61,896 nucleotides of DNA from Eledone cirrhosa (taxonomy: Eukaryota), in assembly GCA_964016885.1 (NCBI GenBank), contig CAXHJY010001220.1:1-61896 (forward strand), read 5' to 3'. Under the pieces are notes generated by a model, which worked only from the letters and a program-made list of their open reading frames with translations, ran no database searches and was not told where the DNA came from. Positions 14,925 through 28,008 of the stretch are shown here, one piece after another. Both the position numbers and the translations under genes were made by a program. Every line of letters starts with the position of its first letter. The first letter of the stretch is position 1.

Positions 14925-15289
14925 GTACACATATATATATACATATATATACATATATATATATATACATATATATACATATATATATACATATATATAT
15001 ACATATATATATATATACATATATATACATATATATATATATATATACATATATATATACATATATATATACATATATATATATACATATATATATATAC
15101 ATATATATATACATATATATATATATACATATATATATGTATATATATGTATTATATATATATATATATGTATATATATGTATATATATATATATATATG
15201 CATATGTATATATATATATATATGTATATATATGTATATATATGTATATATATGTATATATATGTATATATATATACATATATATATAC

Positions 15290-15356
<67 letters not shown>

Positions 15357-15385
15357 CATATATATATATACATATATATATATGC

Positions 15386-15417
<32 letters not shown>

Positions 15418-15500
15418 GTATATATATATATATGCATATATATGTATATATATATGTATATATATATACATATATATATATGTATATATATGTATATATA

Positions 15501-15606
<106 letters not shown>

Positions 15607-15711
15607 CATATATATATACATATATATATATATACATATATATATGTATATATATATACATATATATATACATATATATATATATATACATACATATATA
15701 TATATACATAC

Positions 15712-15746
<35 letters not shown>

Positions 15747-16007
15747 CATACATATATATATATATGTATGTATATATATACATACATATATATATATACA
15801 TACACATATATATATATACATACATATATATATATATACATACATACATATATATATATATACATACATATATATATATACATATATATAAGAGACGTAA
15901 AATAAAAAAATTATAAAATTAACTTACTAAAATATCACTTCCAACTAATTAGTTTCTGGAATGGAGTAAATATATTTTCCGAAGAATAATATAGAGAAGC
16001 ATACATA

Positions 16008-16038
<31 letters not shown>

Positions 16039-16413
16039 GAGAGTATTGAAGTTTGCTTCAAGCATTGTGGAATAATAGGTAAATATCTTTAAGTCGTTTG
16101 GAAGCCTCGACGATGCAAATGGGTAAATCTCCGGGTAAAAGATCCGGTGGTGGAGAGAGAGATGTAAGTGGGTGTACGTTGAGATGTGTGGCGTGTATAA
16201 GACGTGTAGAGGAATGAAGGAAAGAGTATAAAGGATAAAATTAAAATAACAACACGAGAGAGAGTTACCTTGGGAGAGATTTAATTGTCCCTATACATTT
16301 CGGATTCACATCCATCAACTGCGGTTTTTTTCGGGGTGGGGAAAAGGTTGTCTAACGGAAAGGTGCGAAACGCGTCCTCCGCTGTTTGTTGTTTTGATAT
16401 TCAAAACAACAAA
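16039..16413 (-). mobile_element. PLE 3' end (family C) ending in a 13-bp fold-back hairpin
   Basis: Reverse complement of ~22040-22410; ends TTTGTTGTTTTGA-TAT-TCAAAACAACAAA. Confidence 0.8.
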
Positions 16414-16424
16414 ATATATATATA

Positions 16425-16662
16425 TGCAGAAGTTATATTTAATTTGTTGGGATTCCAACAAGCTTAAAGGTGTATAACTGATATAAAGCACTCAACATTC
16501 CAGTGAACTTTCAACCGTCAAGGTTGTTTTTCCACGGTTATGTCAATATTTATAAAACAAATCTTGTATTTTATCTGATGAAAGCGCACCAAGAATGCCT
16601 TGCTTGCCCTTGAAATATATATAATAAATTAATTATGGTTTTATAAATATAGTTTCCATTTA

Positions 16663-16667
<5 letters not shown>
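16425..16667. mobile_element. Diverged family D PLE-type insertion with hammerhead motif (~16568-16630 +)
   Basis: Inverted tail resembling 22459-22525; TTATCTGATGAAAG...CTTGAAATATATATAATAA. Confidence 0.65.
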
Positions 16668-16706
<39 letters not shown>

Positions 16707-16791
16707 TGTATGTATGTGTGTATGTGTATGTGTATACAGGGTATCGCAAAAAATGTATTCACACTTCAACAGCATTCTAATAAATATTGCC

Positions 16792-16862
<71 letters not shown>

Positions 16863-16904
16863 TATATGTATGTATGTGTATGTATATACAGGGTGTCTCA
16901 AAAA

Positions 16905-17095
16905 TGTTTTTTCAGTATTACTCTGTTACTTATCTGTTCCATCCGTCAGGCTTTTATATCTCATTCTATTATCTGCTGAAGGACTAGTGTCCGAAATGCA
17001 AAGACTCTTTTCCTACTATACTAAGCATTAAACTAATATATTTCTTCATTGTACTGTGTTATTTGCTTTGTTGTTTCTGTTCATTTTTCGTATAC
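16905..17095 (+). mobile_element. PLE-type repeat with degenerate hammerhead (CTGCTGAAGGACTAGTGTCCGAAA)
   Basis: Related to 4185-4380; core position A6 mutated. Confidence 0.55.
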
Positions 17096-17120
17096 ACACT
17101 CGCGCGCATATGAAGGTTTA

Positions 17121-17198
<78 letters not shown>

Positions 17199-17254
17199 CC
17201 ATTTAAAATTTAATAACTTATTTGCCAATAATTTATCTTTTATTTTTATTTCAG

Positions 17255-17311
17255 ATTTTGAAAATAAGTTACCTCGAAATTTATTTTACAAAACACAAGA
17301 TGGTGCAACAC
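17255..17311 (+). CDS. Candidate 57-nt internal exon: (D)FENKLPRNLFYKTQDGAT
   Basis: Long pyrimidine tract plus TTTCAG acceptor, GTAAAG donor, frame-preserving and stop-free; no homology recognised. Confidence 0.3.
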
Positions 17312-17441
17312 GTAAAGATTTTTATGAGAAAATAAATATATATAATATATCATATTTACAGATAGAAAGAAGGGAACTAGATCTATGTGTGTGTGTATGT
17401 GAGAGAGTGAGAGTGTGTGTGTGTGTCTGTGCGTGCGTGTG

Positions 17442-17478
<37 letters not shown>

Positions 17479-17540
17479 CTGAGATCTTGCCGTTACGACA
17501 GCCAATTCCACACTCATATATATATATATATATATATATA

Positions 17541-17919
17541 TACGATAATAACAAATGGAAACTATATTTATAAAACCATATTTATTTCATTATACATATT
17601 TCAAGGACACCAAGTTAAATTATGGTGTGCTTTCATCAGATAGAATATAATATAGAGCAGTTTTATAAATAAATATTGACATACCCTTAAAGAATGCAAC
17701 CATTACTGTTGGAAGCTCTATATTATATTTTATCTGATGAAAGCACACCATAATTTAATTTGGTGTCCTTGAAATATGTATAATGAAATAAATATGGTTT
17801 TATAAATATAGTTTCCATTTGTTAATATATCGTATTTTTACTCCAATAATTTGTCGAGTGCTTTATATCAGTTATAAAAATATTTGCTTGTTGTATCCCA
17901 ACAATTTAAATAGAACTTC

Positions 17920-17922
<3 letters not shown>
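17541..17922. mobile_element. PLE-type fold-back insertion (family D) with inverted hammerheads (17583-17647 -, 17726-17790 +)
   Basis: Arms ~17541-17658 and 17715-17834; tail 17835-17922; UAU-CUGAUGA-AAGCACACCA..UGGUGUCCUU-GAAAU(augu)AUA-AUG. Confidence 0.82.
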
Positions 17923-18012
<90 letters not shown>

Positions 18013-18019
18013 ATATATT

Positions 18020-18453
18020 AGTTTTGCGAGGTTTTTTATATGAAATCCTGTGTCGAAACAAATATTGTTATACTTGGGGAGGGTCATATTTGTGTAATAA
18101 TATTGCTAGAATTAATAGCAGAACATACTCACTGTTTGGTTGGTTTTCGCTTCTGTGTCTTTTATATCGGTTAATTTAATTTATTCGGTCCTCAATGTTA
18201 ACCATTGACTGACCAACGGTCAAAAATACAGATACAATCTAGACACAAACACATATATATATATAGTCTAACAAAATTCTTTCGTTGCACATCTGCAACA
18301 TCGTCAGTGGTGCTATTATGTTTCCTCCCGTTGTATTGTATGCCTACACCACCTTTATTTAGTCTGTTTATTTATTTATTTATTTATTTAGTGAGTGTGT
18401 TCTGTTATTAATTCTGGCAATATTATTACACAAATATGACCCTCCCCAAGTAT

Positions 18454-18461
<8 letters not shown>
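18020..18461. mobile_element. PLE fold-back insertion (family A, same family as the giant palindrome)
   Basis: Tailed arm 18020-18390 (-) matches ~59940-60322; short inverted arm 18390-18461 ends at TATAACAATAT. Confidence 0.85.
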
Positions 18462-18525
<64 letters not shown>

Positions 18526-18786
18526 CCTATCGGACGTATTGCAAAATATTGTTCGATTTGTCCAGGTCAGTTGTCTTAACTGATTAGTTCTTTCGTTGTT
18601 TTTGGTATTGTGTGGCTAGGTTTACCTACCGCAATTTTCAATTTGTCAAGTTGTCGAAACGTATGTTATTACTCTGAGGCCTGCAACCTTATTGAGTGCT
18701 TTGCTACTCGTTCCTAATTGTAGGTCGTTAGCTCGGCCGCAGTCAAAGCTTCTATTTCACTAAACTTCCACTTGTATATATATATA

Positions 18787-19103
18787 AGATTCATTATCTG
18801 AAAACGTGTGTTGAAACCGATATTGTTATGCTTTGGGAGGGTCATGTTGCCAATAAGAAACACACGCGTCAGTTGCTTTCACTCCAATTTATTATAAATT
18901 TAATTCATAAATTTTCGGTTGGTTGGTTTGGTTCCACAGCCGGACGGTTGTTCATATATTGTCAAAGTTCTTTCGTCACACATTCTGTGACCTCTTAAGT
19001 GACGGGATTCTTTTCTTTGTTTTTGTGCCTCTCCTTTGTTCTGTCCTACGCCATCTTGTTTTTGTGTGTGTTTCTTATTGGCAACATGACCCTCCCAAAG
19101 CAT

Positions 19104-19111
<8 letters not shown>
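18787..19111. mobile_element. PLE fold-back insertion (family B) with mutated hammerhead (18961-19003 -)
   Basis: Matches 11033-11310 plus a ~34-nt tail; inverted short arm ~19066-19111. Confidence 0.83.
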
Positions 19112-19167
<56 letters not shown>

Positions 19168-19175
<8 letters not shown>

Positions 19176-19334
19176 ATACGTGGGTAGGCTCATATTTTTG
19201 TAATAATATTGCCAGAATTAATAACAGAACACACTCACTTATTAATTCTGGCAATATTATTACAACAATGACCCTCCCCAAGTATAACAATATTTGTTTC
19301 GACACACGATTACATATCAAAAACCTCGCAAAAC
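19168..19334. mobile_element. Minimal PLE fold-back insertion (family A termini only)
   Basis: Short arm 19168-19240 (-); tailed arm 19239-19334 (+) ending AAACCTCGCAAAAC. Confidence 0.8.
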
Positions 19335-19342
19335 TATATATA

Positions 19343-19395
<53 letters not shown>

Positions 19396-19415
19396 TATAA
19401 AGAGAGAGAAAGAGA

Positions 19416-21000
19416 TAATTGTTTCTACTTTAGGCACAAGGCCAGCAATCACCCAGTGCATTACTGGTACTTTATTTTATCGACCCCGTAAGGATGAAAG
19501 GCAAAGTCAACCTCGGCGGGATTTGAACTCAGATCGTAAAGGGACGTAACTATGCTGGAAAGCATGGCGTCCAACCCTCTACCGATACTGCCAAGAGAAA
19601 GAGATAATAGATTCGTTCACCAAATCACGTGTTCTGGACTCCAGGTCTAACTACATCCGATTTCTTCCAGAAAGAGAGAGAGAGAGAGATGGAGGAAGAG
19701 AGAGAATCAACCCAAGTCATGGACTGGTACTTATTGATTACGAATGGGTTAAAAGTAAAGTTGACCTCGATTGGATATGAACTCAACGGGCAATGAGTCA
19801 GAAAGGATTCTATAAAACATTGTATCCGACTTTCTAACGACTCACCTAATTCGTCAGTTCTCCGTCTATATGTCTATATATAAATGATCTTTCTGATTTA
19901 CTTGTATACTACATGATTCTGACCTCTGTTTAAAACTCTATTCTATCAAAATAAATGGCTTCTTCTGGCAATTGAAAGAGTGAGACAAGTTATTGCTTAC
20001 CCTTGATTTGTTAGTCGTACTTTTATCAGTTAGAAAACAGCAAAACAAATTTACTTTTTCATGTAATCAATAGTAATGGTTTCTGATTTAGGCACAAGGC
20101 CAAAAATTTTAGGTGTGGGGGTTGGGGCAGGTGTCGATTAAATTGATCTCAGTACATTACTGGTACTTTATTTTATCGACCTAGTAAGGATGAAAGGCAA
20201 AGTTAACCTCGGCAGGATTTGAACTCAGAAATGGACTTAGTAATAGTTTGTGATTTAAGCTCATGGCTTACAATTTTGGAGGAGAGGATAAAGTCGATTA
20301 AATCGAACCCAATATATTACTGGTATTTTATTTTATCGACCCTATAAGAATGAAATACCAAGCTAACTTCGGTGGGATTTGAATTCAGAACATAAAGGGA
20401 CGTAACTCTATGCTGCAAACTATGTACTACTCTCTACCGATTACTGCCAGTCAACCACTCTTTAATAATTGTATCGAATTGAGGCACAAGGCCAGCAATT
20501 TGAGGTAAAGGAAGAGTCGAGTATATCGACCCCGGTATTTGACAAGTATTTTATTTTATCGATTACGGAAGGATGAATGATAAAGTTGTCTTCGGCGGGA
20601 TTTGAACTCAGAAGGTAAACATTGGGACCAAATACCGCAAGGTATTTTGTCTGAGAGCTCTAAATATTCTGCCAATTTGTCGCCCTTGTAAAATCATTAA
20701 TAATAGTTTGTTTATTTATTTATTTGTTTTCATTGAAGGTGAAGGTTGAAGGAGGCTGTGGTGTTCATGCATTTCCCACGGCTGTAAAACAACGTAAATC
20801 CTTGATAAAATCATTAATTGTTTCTACTTTTGGCACAAGGCCAGTAATTATCCCAGTGCATTACTGGTACTTTATTCTATCAACCCCATAAGGGTGAAAG
20901 TTAACCTAGGCAGAATTTGAACTGAGACCGTAAAGGGCCGTGACTCTATGCTGCAAAGCGTAGTGTCCGACCCTCTACCGATACTGCCAATCCACCGCCC
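19416..21000 (-). mobile_element. SINE cluster (19416-19594, 19620-19850, 20073-20235, 20240-20460, 20465-20645, 20815-21000)
   Basis: Repeated SINE central domain and tRNA-like heads of varying divergence. Confidence 0.8.
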
Positions 21001-21228
21001 TTGATAATAATCATTAATAATAGTTTGTTTGTTGATTTTTTTCATTTTTTTTTCATTGAAGATGAAGTTTTAGGGCTGTTGTGATGTTCATGCTTTTCCC
21101 AAGCTTATAAAACAACGTATGTCCTTGATAAAAATCAGAAACATCGTTCTCTTGCGTTGCCAGTACCTCCATCCCCCAAGACAATGTTATTAACGATAAT
21201 GCTGCATCATATATATATATATATATAT

Positions 21229-22405
21229 ATATCTTTAAGTCGTTTGGAAGCCTCGACAATGCAAATGGGTAAATCTCCGGGTAACAAGGTCCGGTGGTGG
21301 AGAGAGAGATGTAAGTGGGTGTAAATGGCCCCTCCCTGCGAAGATGCCTCTCCAGGAAACCCGAAAAATCTACTTACGCATGCTCCCTCAGAGACTGTCC
21401 GATACGCCATGCTAACTGTTGCCTACGCACATACGTCGTGTATAAGATAGAATGTGACAGGTGCAACCAATACTACATAGGTAGCACAATTCGACCTTTG
21501 CACATCCGGATCAAGGAACACACTAAAACCAGGGCCTCGTCTTTCCGGAAACACATAGACAAATGCGGAAACAAAGACGGAAGGCCCATTGTCACAATTC
21601 TAGCGACTGAAAGAAACGTCGGCACGTTACGTATCAAAGAAGCGCGTTTTATCAAACGACTGCAACCGCAAATAAACAACCGATCAGAGAGAAGCGAAAT
21701 GAAATGGCTGGTTTAAGTTAACAAGCGATGCAACAACACACAACACACGCACGCACACACGCAAACGAGACAACTACACACACACACGCACACACACACA
21801 GTAGCATTCCACCATACGAACATACTACACTGCCAATACAGATGAACAAGGCAACAACACACACACACACACACAATCAAGCGAGACAACAACACACGCA
21901 CACACACACACAGTAACATTTAACAAACAGGCAGAGAATGGACTGACAGCTAGCGCCATCCCACTCCCTCATTCGGCCGCTGACCTCTGTACGACCGACC
22001 CCATTTCACGCGCACGCGCGCTCTGCCGAATACCTCAGATATTCAAAACAACAAACAGCGAAAGACGCGTTCCGGACTTGTCCGACAGACAACCTTTTCC
22101 CCCACCCGGAAAAAAAACCCAGTTGATGGATGTGAATCCGAAATATATAGGGACTATTAAATCTCTCCCAAGGTAACTCTCTCTTGTGTTGTTATTTTTA
22201 TTTTTATCCTTTATACTCTTCCCTTCATTCTACACATCTCACACATCTTATATACACCACGCATCTCAACGTACATCCACTTACATCTCTCTCTCCACCA
22301 CCGGACCTTGTTACCCGGAGATTTACCCATTTGCATTGTCGAGGCTTCCAAACGACTTAAAGATATTTACTTATTGTTCCACAATGCTTCAAGCAAACTT
22401 CAATA

Positions 22406-22410
<5 letters not shown>
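21229..22410 (+). mobile_element. PLE 3' fragment (family C) with inverted short arm
   Basis: 21229-21323 is the reverse complement of 22272-22366; 44-nt tail 22367-22410; (TA)n on both sides. Confidence 0.88.
21324..21716 (+). pseudogene. PLE GIY-YIG endonuclease with Cys-rich linker, 5'-truncated; different lineage from families A/B
   Basis: CSLRDCP..CCLRTYVVYKIECDRCNQYYIGSTIRPLHIRIKEH...RIKEARFIKRLQPQINNRSE. Confidence 0.9.
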
Positions 22411-22458
<48 letters not shown>

Positions 22459-22461
<3 letters not shown>

Positions 22462-23230
22462 GAAGTTCTATTTAAATTGTTGGGATCAACAAGCAAATAT
22501 TTTTATAACTGATATAAAGCACTCAGCAAATTATTGGAGTAAAAATACGATATATTAACAAATGGAAACTATATTTATAAAACCATATTTATTTCATTAT
22601 ACATATTTCAAGGACACCAAGTTAAATTATGGTGTGCTTTCATCAGGTAAAATATAATATAGATCAGTTTTATAAATAAATATTGACATACCCTTAAAGA
22701 ATGCGACCATTTCTATTGGAAGCTCTCGGATAGTGGGGTTATTAAATTTATTTAGTCTATTATGCAAATTAGTGTCGGATATGTTTAAATCACAGTAGAT
22801 TTTAAATAAGCCGTTGGGGTATGGAAAAAGGGAAAAAGAGAAAAAAAAGAGCAAACTCTAAGAGGAAAATAAGAAAACAAGAGAAAGAGAAAGAGAAGAA
22901 AAAGAGAAAGCGAAAGCCCTAAGTGATAGGTTTGTTGTATTAGCGTAACTTTTAAGATGAAGTGAAAAAATATTTTAAATCTACTGTGATTTAAACATAT
23001 CCGACACTAATTTGCATAATAGACTAAATAAATTTAATAACCCCACTATCCGGGAGCTTCCAACAGAAATGGTCGCATTCTTTAAGGGTATGTCAATATT
23101 TATTTATAAAACTGATCTATATTATATTTTACCTGATGAAAGCACACCATAATTTAACTTGGTGTCCTTGAAATATGTATAATGAAATAAATATGGTTTT
23201 ATAAATATAGTTTCCATTTGTTAATATATC

Positions 23231-23233
<3 letters not shown>
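22459..23233. mobile_element. PLE-type fold-back insertion (family D), ~260-bp arms, inverted hammerheads (22590-22654 -, 23125-23189 +)
   Basis: ~22546-22808 is the reverse complement of ~22972-23233; tail 22459-22545. Confidence 0.85.
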
Positions 23234-23286
<53 letters not shown>

Positions 23287-23318
23287 TATATATATATTAT
23301 ATATATATATATATTATA

Positions 23319-23372
<54 letters not shown>

Positions 23373-23518
23373 TTTTTTGTTGTTACTCTGGCGTCCCCCT
23401 TTATTTACGTGTCCCAACGACTTTTTTTAGCCGTTGTTCACACCAACCCGAGGCATATGGCCCTTAAAGCGATGAAATGCCCAGGACGGTTGGAGGGTCA
23501 CTGATGAAGGACTCACTT

Positions 23519-23567
<49 letters not shown>

Positions 23568-23572
<5 letters not shown>

Positions 23573-23737
23573 GGAAAAAATAAAACGAAATTTCATTTCT
23601 CACTCTTAGTACGGCTGTTACTTAAATATAAGTATGTATACGTACATACATATATGTATACAGACGTACAGTAGTATGTATATATATATATATATATACA
23701 TACTACTGTACGTCTGTATACATATATGTATGTACGT

Positions 23738-23742
<5 letters not shown>
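23568..23742. mobile_element. Family H TA-embedded hairpin with tail
   Basis: GTATACAGACGTACAGTAGTATG..CATACTACTGTACGTCTGTATAC; tail 23568-23625 related to 2170-2229. Confidence 0.6.
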
Positions 23743-23806
<64 letters not shown>

Positions 23807-23951
23807 GAAGAGAGGCGGCTGTGTAGTTGCTGGAAGGTATACTTAAAAATGAGAAGAACGCATGAACGGGAGAAAGTTTTCCTTCGTCAGTTGTCTGCTG
23901 GGGTCTCGGCTATTTCTACGCATTAAAGACATATAATATAAAGATATAAAG

Positions 23952-24032
<81 letters not shown>

Positions 24033-24040
24033 AAAATAAT

Positions 24041-24101
<61 letters not shown>

Positions 24102-24634
24102 TTTTCTTTATTAACCACAAGGGTTCACATAAAGTAGACATTAAGGACAGTACAGGACAATACAGGACGGTACAAATGGGCATTTCTGCGTGTAAAAAAA
24201 CAGAGGTTGAAATAAATAATAAAAGAAGCTGGCAAAAGCGCTGTTATTTGAAACCTTACCGGTTGAAAATTAGCAAAAAATAATCTAATTCAGATACAAG
24301 TCTGAAAAGACTGCGATTGGCTAAAATAGATTATTTTTTTATGCTTCTTATCGTCAATCAGATTATATGTATAATACTAAGCTGCAGCTTTGTGTATTAA
24401 GGGGAAAAAAACACATGGTATTCGTGGTGATAATGTGAAAAGGCATGTAATTTTTCACTGTCTCACACAAGTGTGGCTGGAGATAACGGTACATGAAATC
24501 GAAGCGATTGATGCTATCAGTGAACAATCCAGATAAGTTATATTTCCAGGTAAGCTATATTTTGACAAGTTTGAATCGTGTATTTAACCTTTCTTTACGT
24601 GTAGTAAATTTACAGGAGTTATTGTTAACGTGAA

Positions 24635-25095
24635 GGTGGCGACTTGGTAGAGTTGTTAGAACGTCGGGTTGAATAGCTGGTTTGTTTTGAAACAGCGAGC
24701 GTGTTTGAAAATAGAAATAGAAGTTTTCGTCGTATTTTTGACTAAAGAACTTTTAGTCTGATAGTGGGGCCGGGGTTTAGAACCCTCTAAGAAATGAAAA
24801 AAGATGAGTATTGACTCGTTTCGGTTTTCTACTCTACTTTCTCAGTTTAAATCCAGCCGAGGTCAACTTTGCCTTTCATACGTTCGAGGTCGATAAAAAA
24901 AATACCAGTCGAGTCCAGTACTGGGGTCGATTCTTCCTTTATGTCTTTTTCTCACTTCCATTCTTTCACACTTTATCTTTCTCTGGAAGAAATCTGCTAT
25001 ATTCAGACCTAGAGAGGAGATGGGCGCTCTGCCAGGTTTTAAAAAAAATGTCCTAGAAATACCATATGTCAATACGGCGTCCCTACGACTCTGTT
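24635..25095 (+). mobile_element. SINE variant with long tail, interrupted at ~24680-24810
   Basis: Homologous to 7255-7581. Confidence 0.65.
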
Positions 25096-25164
25096 GGGAG
25101 TTATGTGATTATACATACATATATTGTTAATGCAGCTTTCATAATTAATAATCAAATCATAGTG

Positions 25165-25628
25165 TACGAGAGTCTGCTGAAAAGTTCATAGGCTGACCAA
25201 GATACTCTCATGGAATGTCCAAATGAGGTCCCTGGAAAGAAACAATGCAGTTATTAATAAGAAGAGTCGAAATTAATGCATGCAAGATTTCACAGCACTA
25301 GCAGCAATCCTTCATAGGCTGATCAATCTTTCATATGCAAACTAAGATACTCTCATGAAATGACCAAATGGGGTTTATTTTTTAACATAGTCTTTAGAAA
25401 GAAACAATATCGTTATTAACAAGAAGAGTTGGCATAGGCTGAAAAGTTCATAGGCTGACCAAGATACTCTCATGGAATGACCAAATGAGGTTTATTTTTC
25501 AACATAGTCCCTAGAAAGAAACAATGCAGTTATTAACAAGATGATGTTGAAATTAATTCATGTAAGATTTCACAGTACTAGCATCATTCCTTCATAGTCA
25601 GCCTATGAACTGTTCACCTGACTACGTA
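25165..25628. mobile_element. Tc1/mariner-type MITE with internal ~125-bp tandem repeats
   Basis: TIRs TACGAG..CTGAAAAGTTCATAGGCTGAC / GTCAGCCTATGAACTGTTCA..CGTA with TA ends; ATAGGCTGACCAAGATACTCTCATGGAATG unit x3. Confidence 0.7.
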
Positions 25629-25964
25629 GAATGAATTTTCATCTATTATATAACACATATTGTCAACAAAAGTAGTCAGCACACACCCTATAGAATTGTC
25701 ATTAAAATTCATAGTTCAACATGTTTTGTTTTTTTAATACGTGTATGTTGTTGGTGTGGAACACCAATACAGTGCTACTAGCCTTACATATGGAGAGGGG
25801 TATAGAAGTTTCCTTAAGCATTTCATACTTCAAAACTAAAACAAAAACTAGAATAGCTTTAACTACTTGAACTTAGCGTGAACTTGGAAATTTCAACTTA
25901 ATTTTCTTTTACAAAGAGCCTAGAGGAACTTATCAGTTAGTAGACAGATATTTGAATATTATAA

Positions 25965-26521
25965 ATAATTGTTTCTACTTTAGGCACAAGGCCAGCAATT
26001 ACCCAGTGTATTACTGGTACTTTATTTTATCGACCCCGTAAGAATGAAAGGCAAAGTCAACCTCGGCGGGATTTGAACTCAGATCGTAAAGGGACGTAAC
26101 TATGCTGGAAAGCATGGCGTCCAACCCTCTACCGAAACTGCCAATTCACCGCCCTTAACATATAAAATAATTGTTTCTACTTTTGGCACAAGGCCAGCAA
26201 TTATCCCAGTGCATTACTGGTACTTTACTTTATCAACCCCGTAAGGATGAAAGGCAAAGTTAACCTCGGCGGGATTTGAACTCAGATCATAAAGGGAGGT
26301 AAATCTATGCTTCAAAGCATGGCGTCCGACGCTCTATATAAAATAATTGTTTCTACTTTTGGCACAAGGCCAGCAATTACCCAGTGCATTACTGGTACTT
26401 TATTTTATCGACCCCGTAAGGATGAAAGGGAAAGTCAACCTCGGCGGGATTTGAACTCAGATCGTAAAGGGACGTAACTATGCTGGAAAGCATGGCGTCC
26501 GACCCTCTACCGATACTGCCA
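25965..26521 (-). mobile_element. Head-to-tail SINE trimer
   Basis: Three copies; middle unit and both junctions nearly identical to 6637-7198. Confidence 0.85.
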
Positions 26522-26928
26522 AACACAACTACGGGGATATGTTCCGAAAGTGGAAGAGCCGAACTCCCACTGTCATCGCCTCCATCTCTCTCGCGCTCCC
26601 CATCTCTCAGTATGGTGAGCAAGTGGGGTCCCACGTGCTATTGCCGTACAAACTGAAACCAAAATAGCTGATGAGAGTAGCCCAATAGAGAATAGCGAAA
26701 GTTACGACTTTTTCCACGGAAAGAAAAACATGCTGGCGACATGCGAAAGAATTTTGCTAAAGAAATTCAATATTTTACCAACGTCTATAAGCAAAAGTTA
26801 TCTTCGAACTCCTGTTTTAAATAATCGGTTGCCTGCTGTCATCAGTGTTTATGTTCTATCTCTTGATAAAGAAAATATAAACGAATGGCTGTGTGTAAGT
26901 CTTGTGATTTTAGCAAGTAATCTAAATA

Positions 26929-27040
26929 ATAATTGTTTCTACTTTAGGCACAAGGCCAGCAATTACCCAGTTCATTACTGGTACTTTATTTTATCGACCC
27001 CGTAAGGATGAAAGGCAAAGTCAACCTCGGCGGGATTTGA
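26929..27040 (-). mobile_element. SINE, truncated where the CR1 tail begins
   Basis: SINE sequence stops at GGGATTTGAA and runs into (ATA)n. Confidence 0.8.
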
Positions 27041-27455
27041 ATAATAATAATAATGAAATTATTGTGTAAAGTGCTCAGGTGCACTACAACTCGTCAATGG
27101 TGTATGTATAATACATAGAATAATACACAAATGTCAGGGAAGTACATGTGTGTATGTGTTAGCTGTAGTGTTGGCGGATCTCGGCAAGCATGGAGGCCTT
27201 AAAGGATGCAGTGTCTCGACAGCTAACAACCGATGCAGGTAGTTTGTTCCATGAGTGTCTTAAAGGATGCAGTGTCTCGACAGCTAACAACTGATGCAGG
27301 TAGTTTGTTCCATGCTTCAGCAACTCTGAGCGTGAAAAAATGTTTCCGAAAGTCATAGGAACTGTGCTGTTTTCTGACTTTGTGGGCATGCCCACGTGTG
27401 TTAGACACATGGAAATCAAAAAGGTACTCAGGGTTGTTGGCAACATGGCGAAGGT
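27041..27455 (-). mobile_element. CR1-group LINE 3' end with (TTA)n tail and internal ~60-bp tandem duplication
   Basis: NTRGHAHKVRKQ..DFRKHFFTLRVAEAWNKLPASVV..TASFK is the canonical CR1 ORF2 C-terminus. Confidence 0.85.
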
Positions 27456-27647
27456 GGGGAAGAAGTCGCTCGACAAGTTCCCAGACCTTATTCACTTACC
27501 GAGTGGGATGGAACTCGTCAAATCAAACCAAGGCAACAATGTTTCCATTGATTTTGCTGATACTATCTACCGGTCGCAAGCTGTGTCAAATTCTGAAGAT
27601 CATACTCGAACAAAGGATACTATTTACTGGTAGCAACTCCTGGCAGA

Positions 27648-27958
27648 AAGAGCAACGTGAAATAAAGTATCTTGCTCAAGGGCATAACGCATCGCTCGAT
27701 CCGAGAATCGAACTCACAAACTCACGATTGCGAATCCAATTCTGTGACTACTAAGCCACATCTTATACCTAAGCACCTTAATGGTCGTGTTGTTACACAG
27801 AGCAACGTGAAATAAAGTGTCTTGTTCAAGGGCATAATCCATCGCTCGGTCTGGGAATCGAACTCACAAACTCACAAACTCACGATTGCGAATTCAATTC
27901 TCTAACCACTAAGCCACATCTTATACCTAAGCCCCTTAATGGCCGTGTTGTTACACAG
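27648..27958 (-). mobile_element. Tandem pair of tRNA/CORE-type SINE heads
   Basis: Reverse complement TGGCTTAGTGG..GAGTTCGATTC..CTTGAGCAAGATACTTTATTTCACGTTGCTC, twice. Confidence 0.7.
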
Positions 27959-28008
27959 ACCCACGAATTATGGCCACATATCGTCGGAATACATGACATA
28001 GGTTGATA

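Noticed and set aside
23860-23900. CTGACGAAGGA..TCC on the minus strand
   Set aside because: No GAAA follows the stem, so the hammerhead core is incomplete
24310-24556. CCAAT-like box and CAG|GTAAGC donor suggesting a first exon
   Set aside because: Short motifs expected by chance; no ORF or other support
26660-26715. CTGATGA...GAAAGTTACGACTTT hammerhead-like words
   Set aside because: Stems I and II do not pair; not in a PLE or TA context
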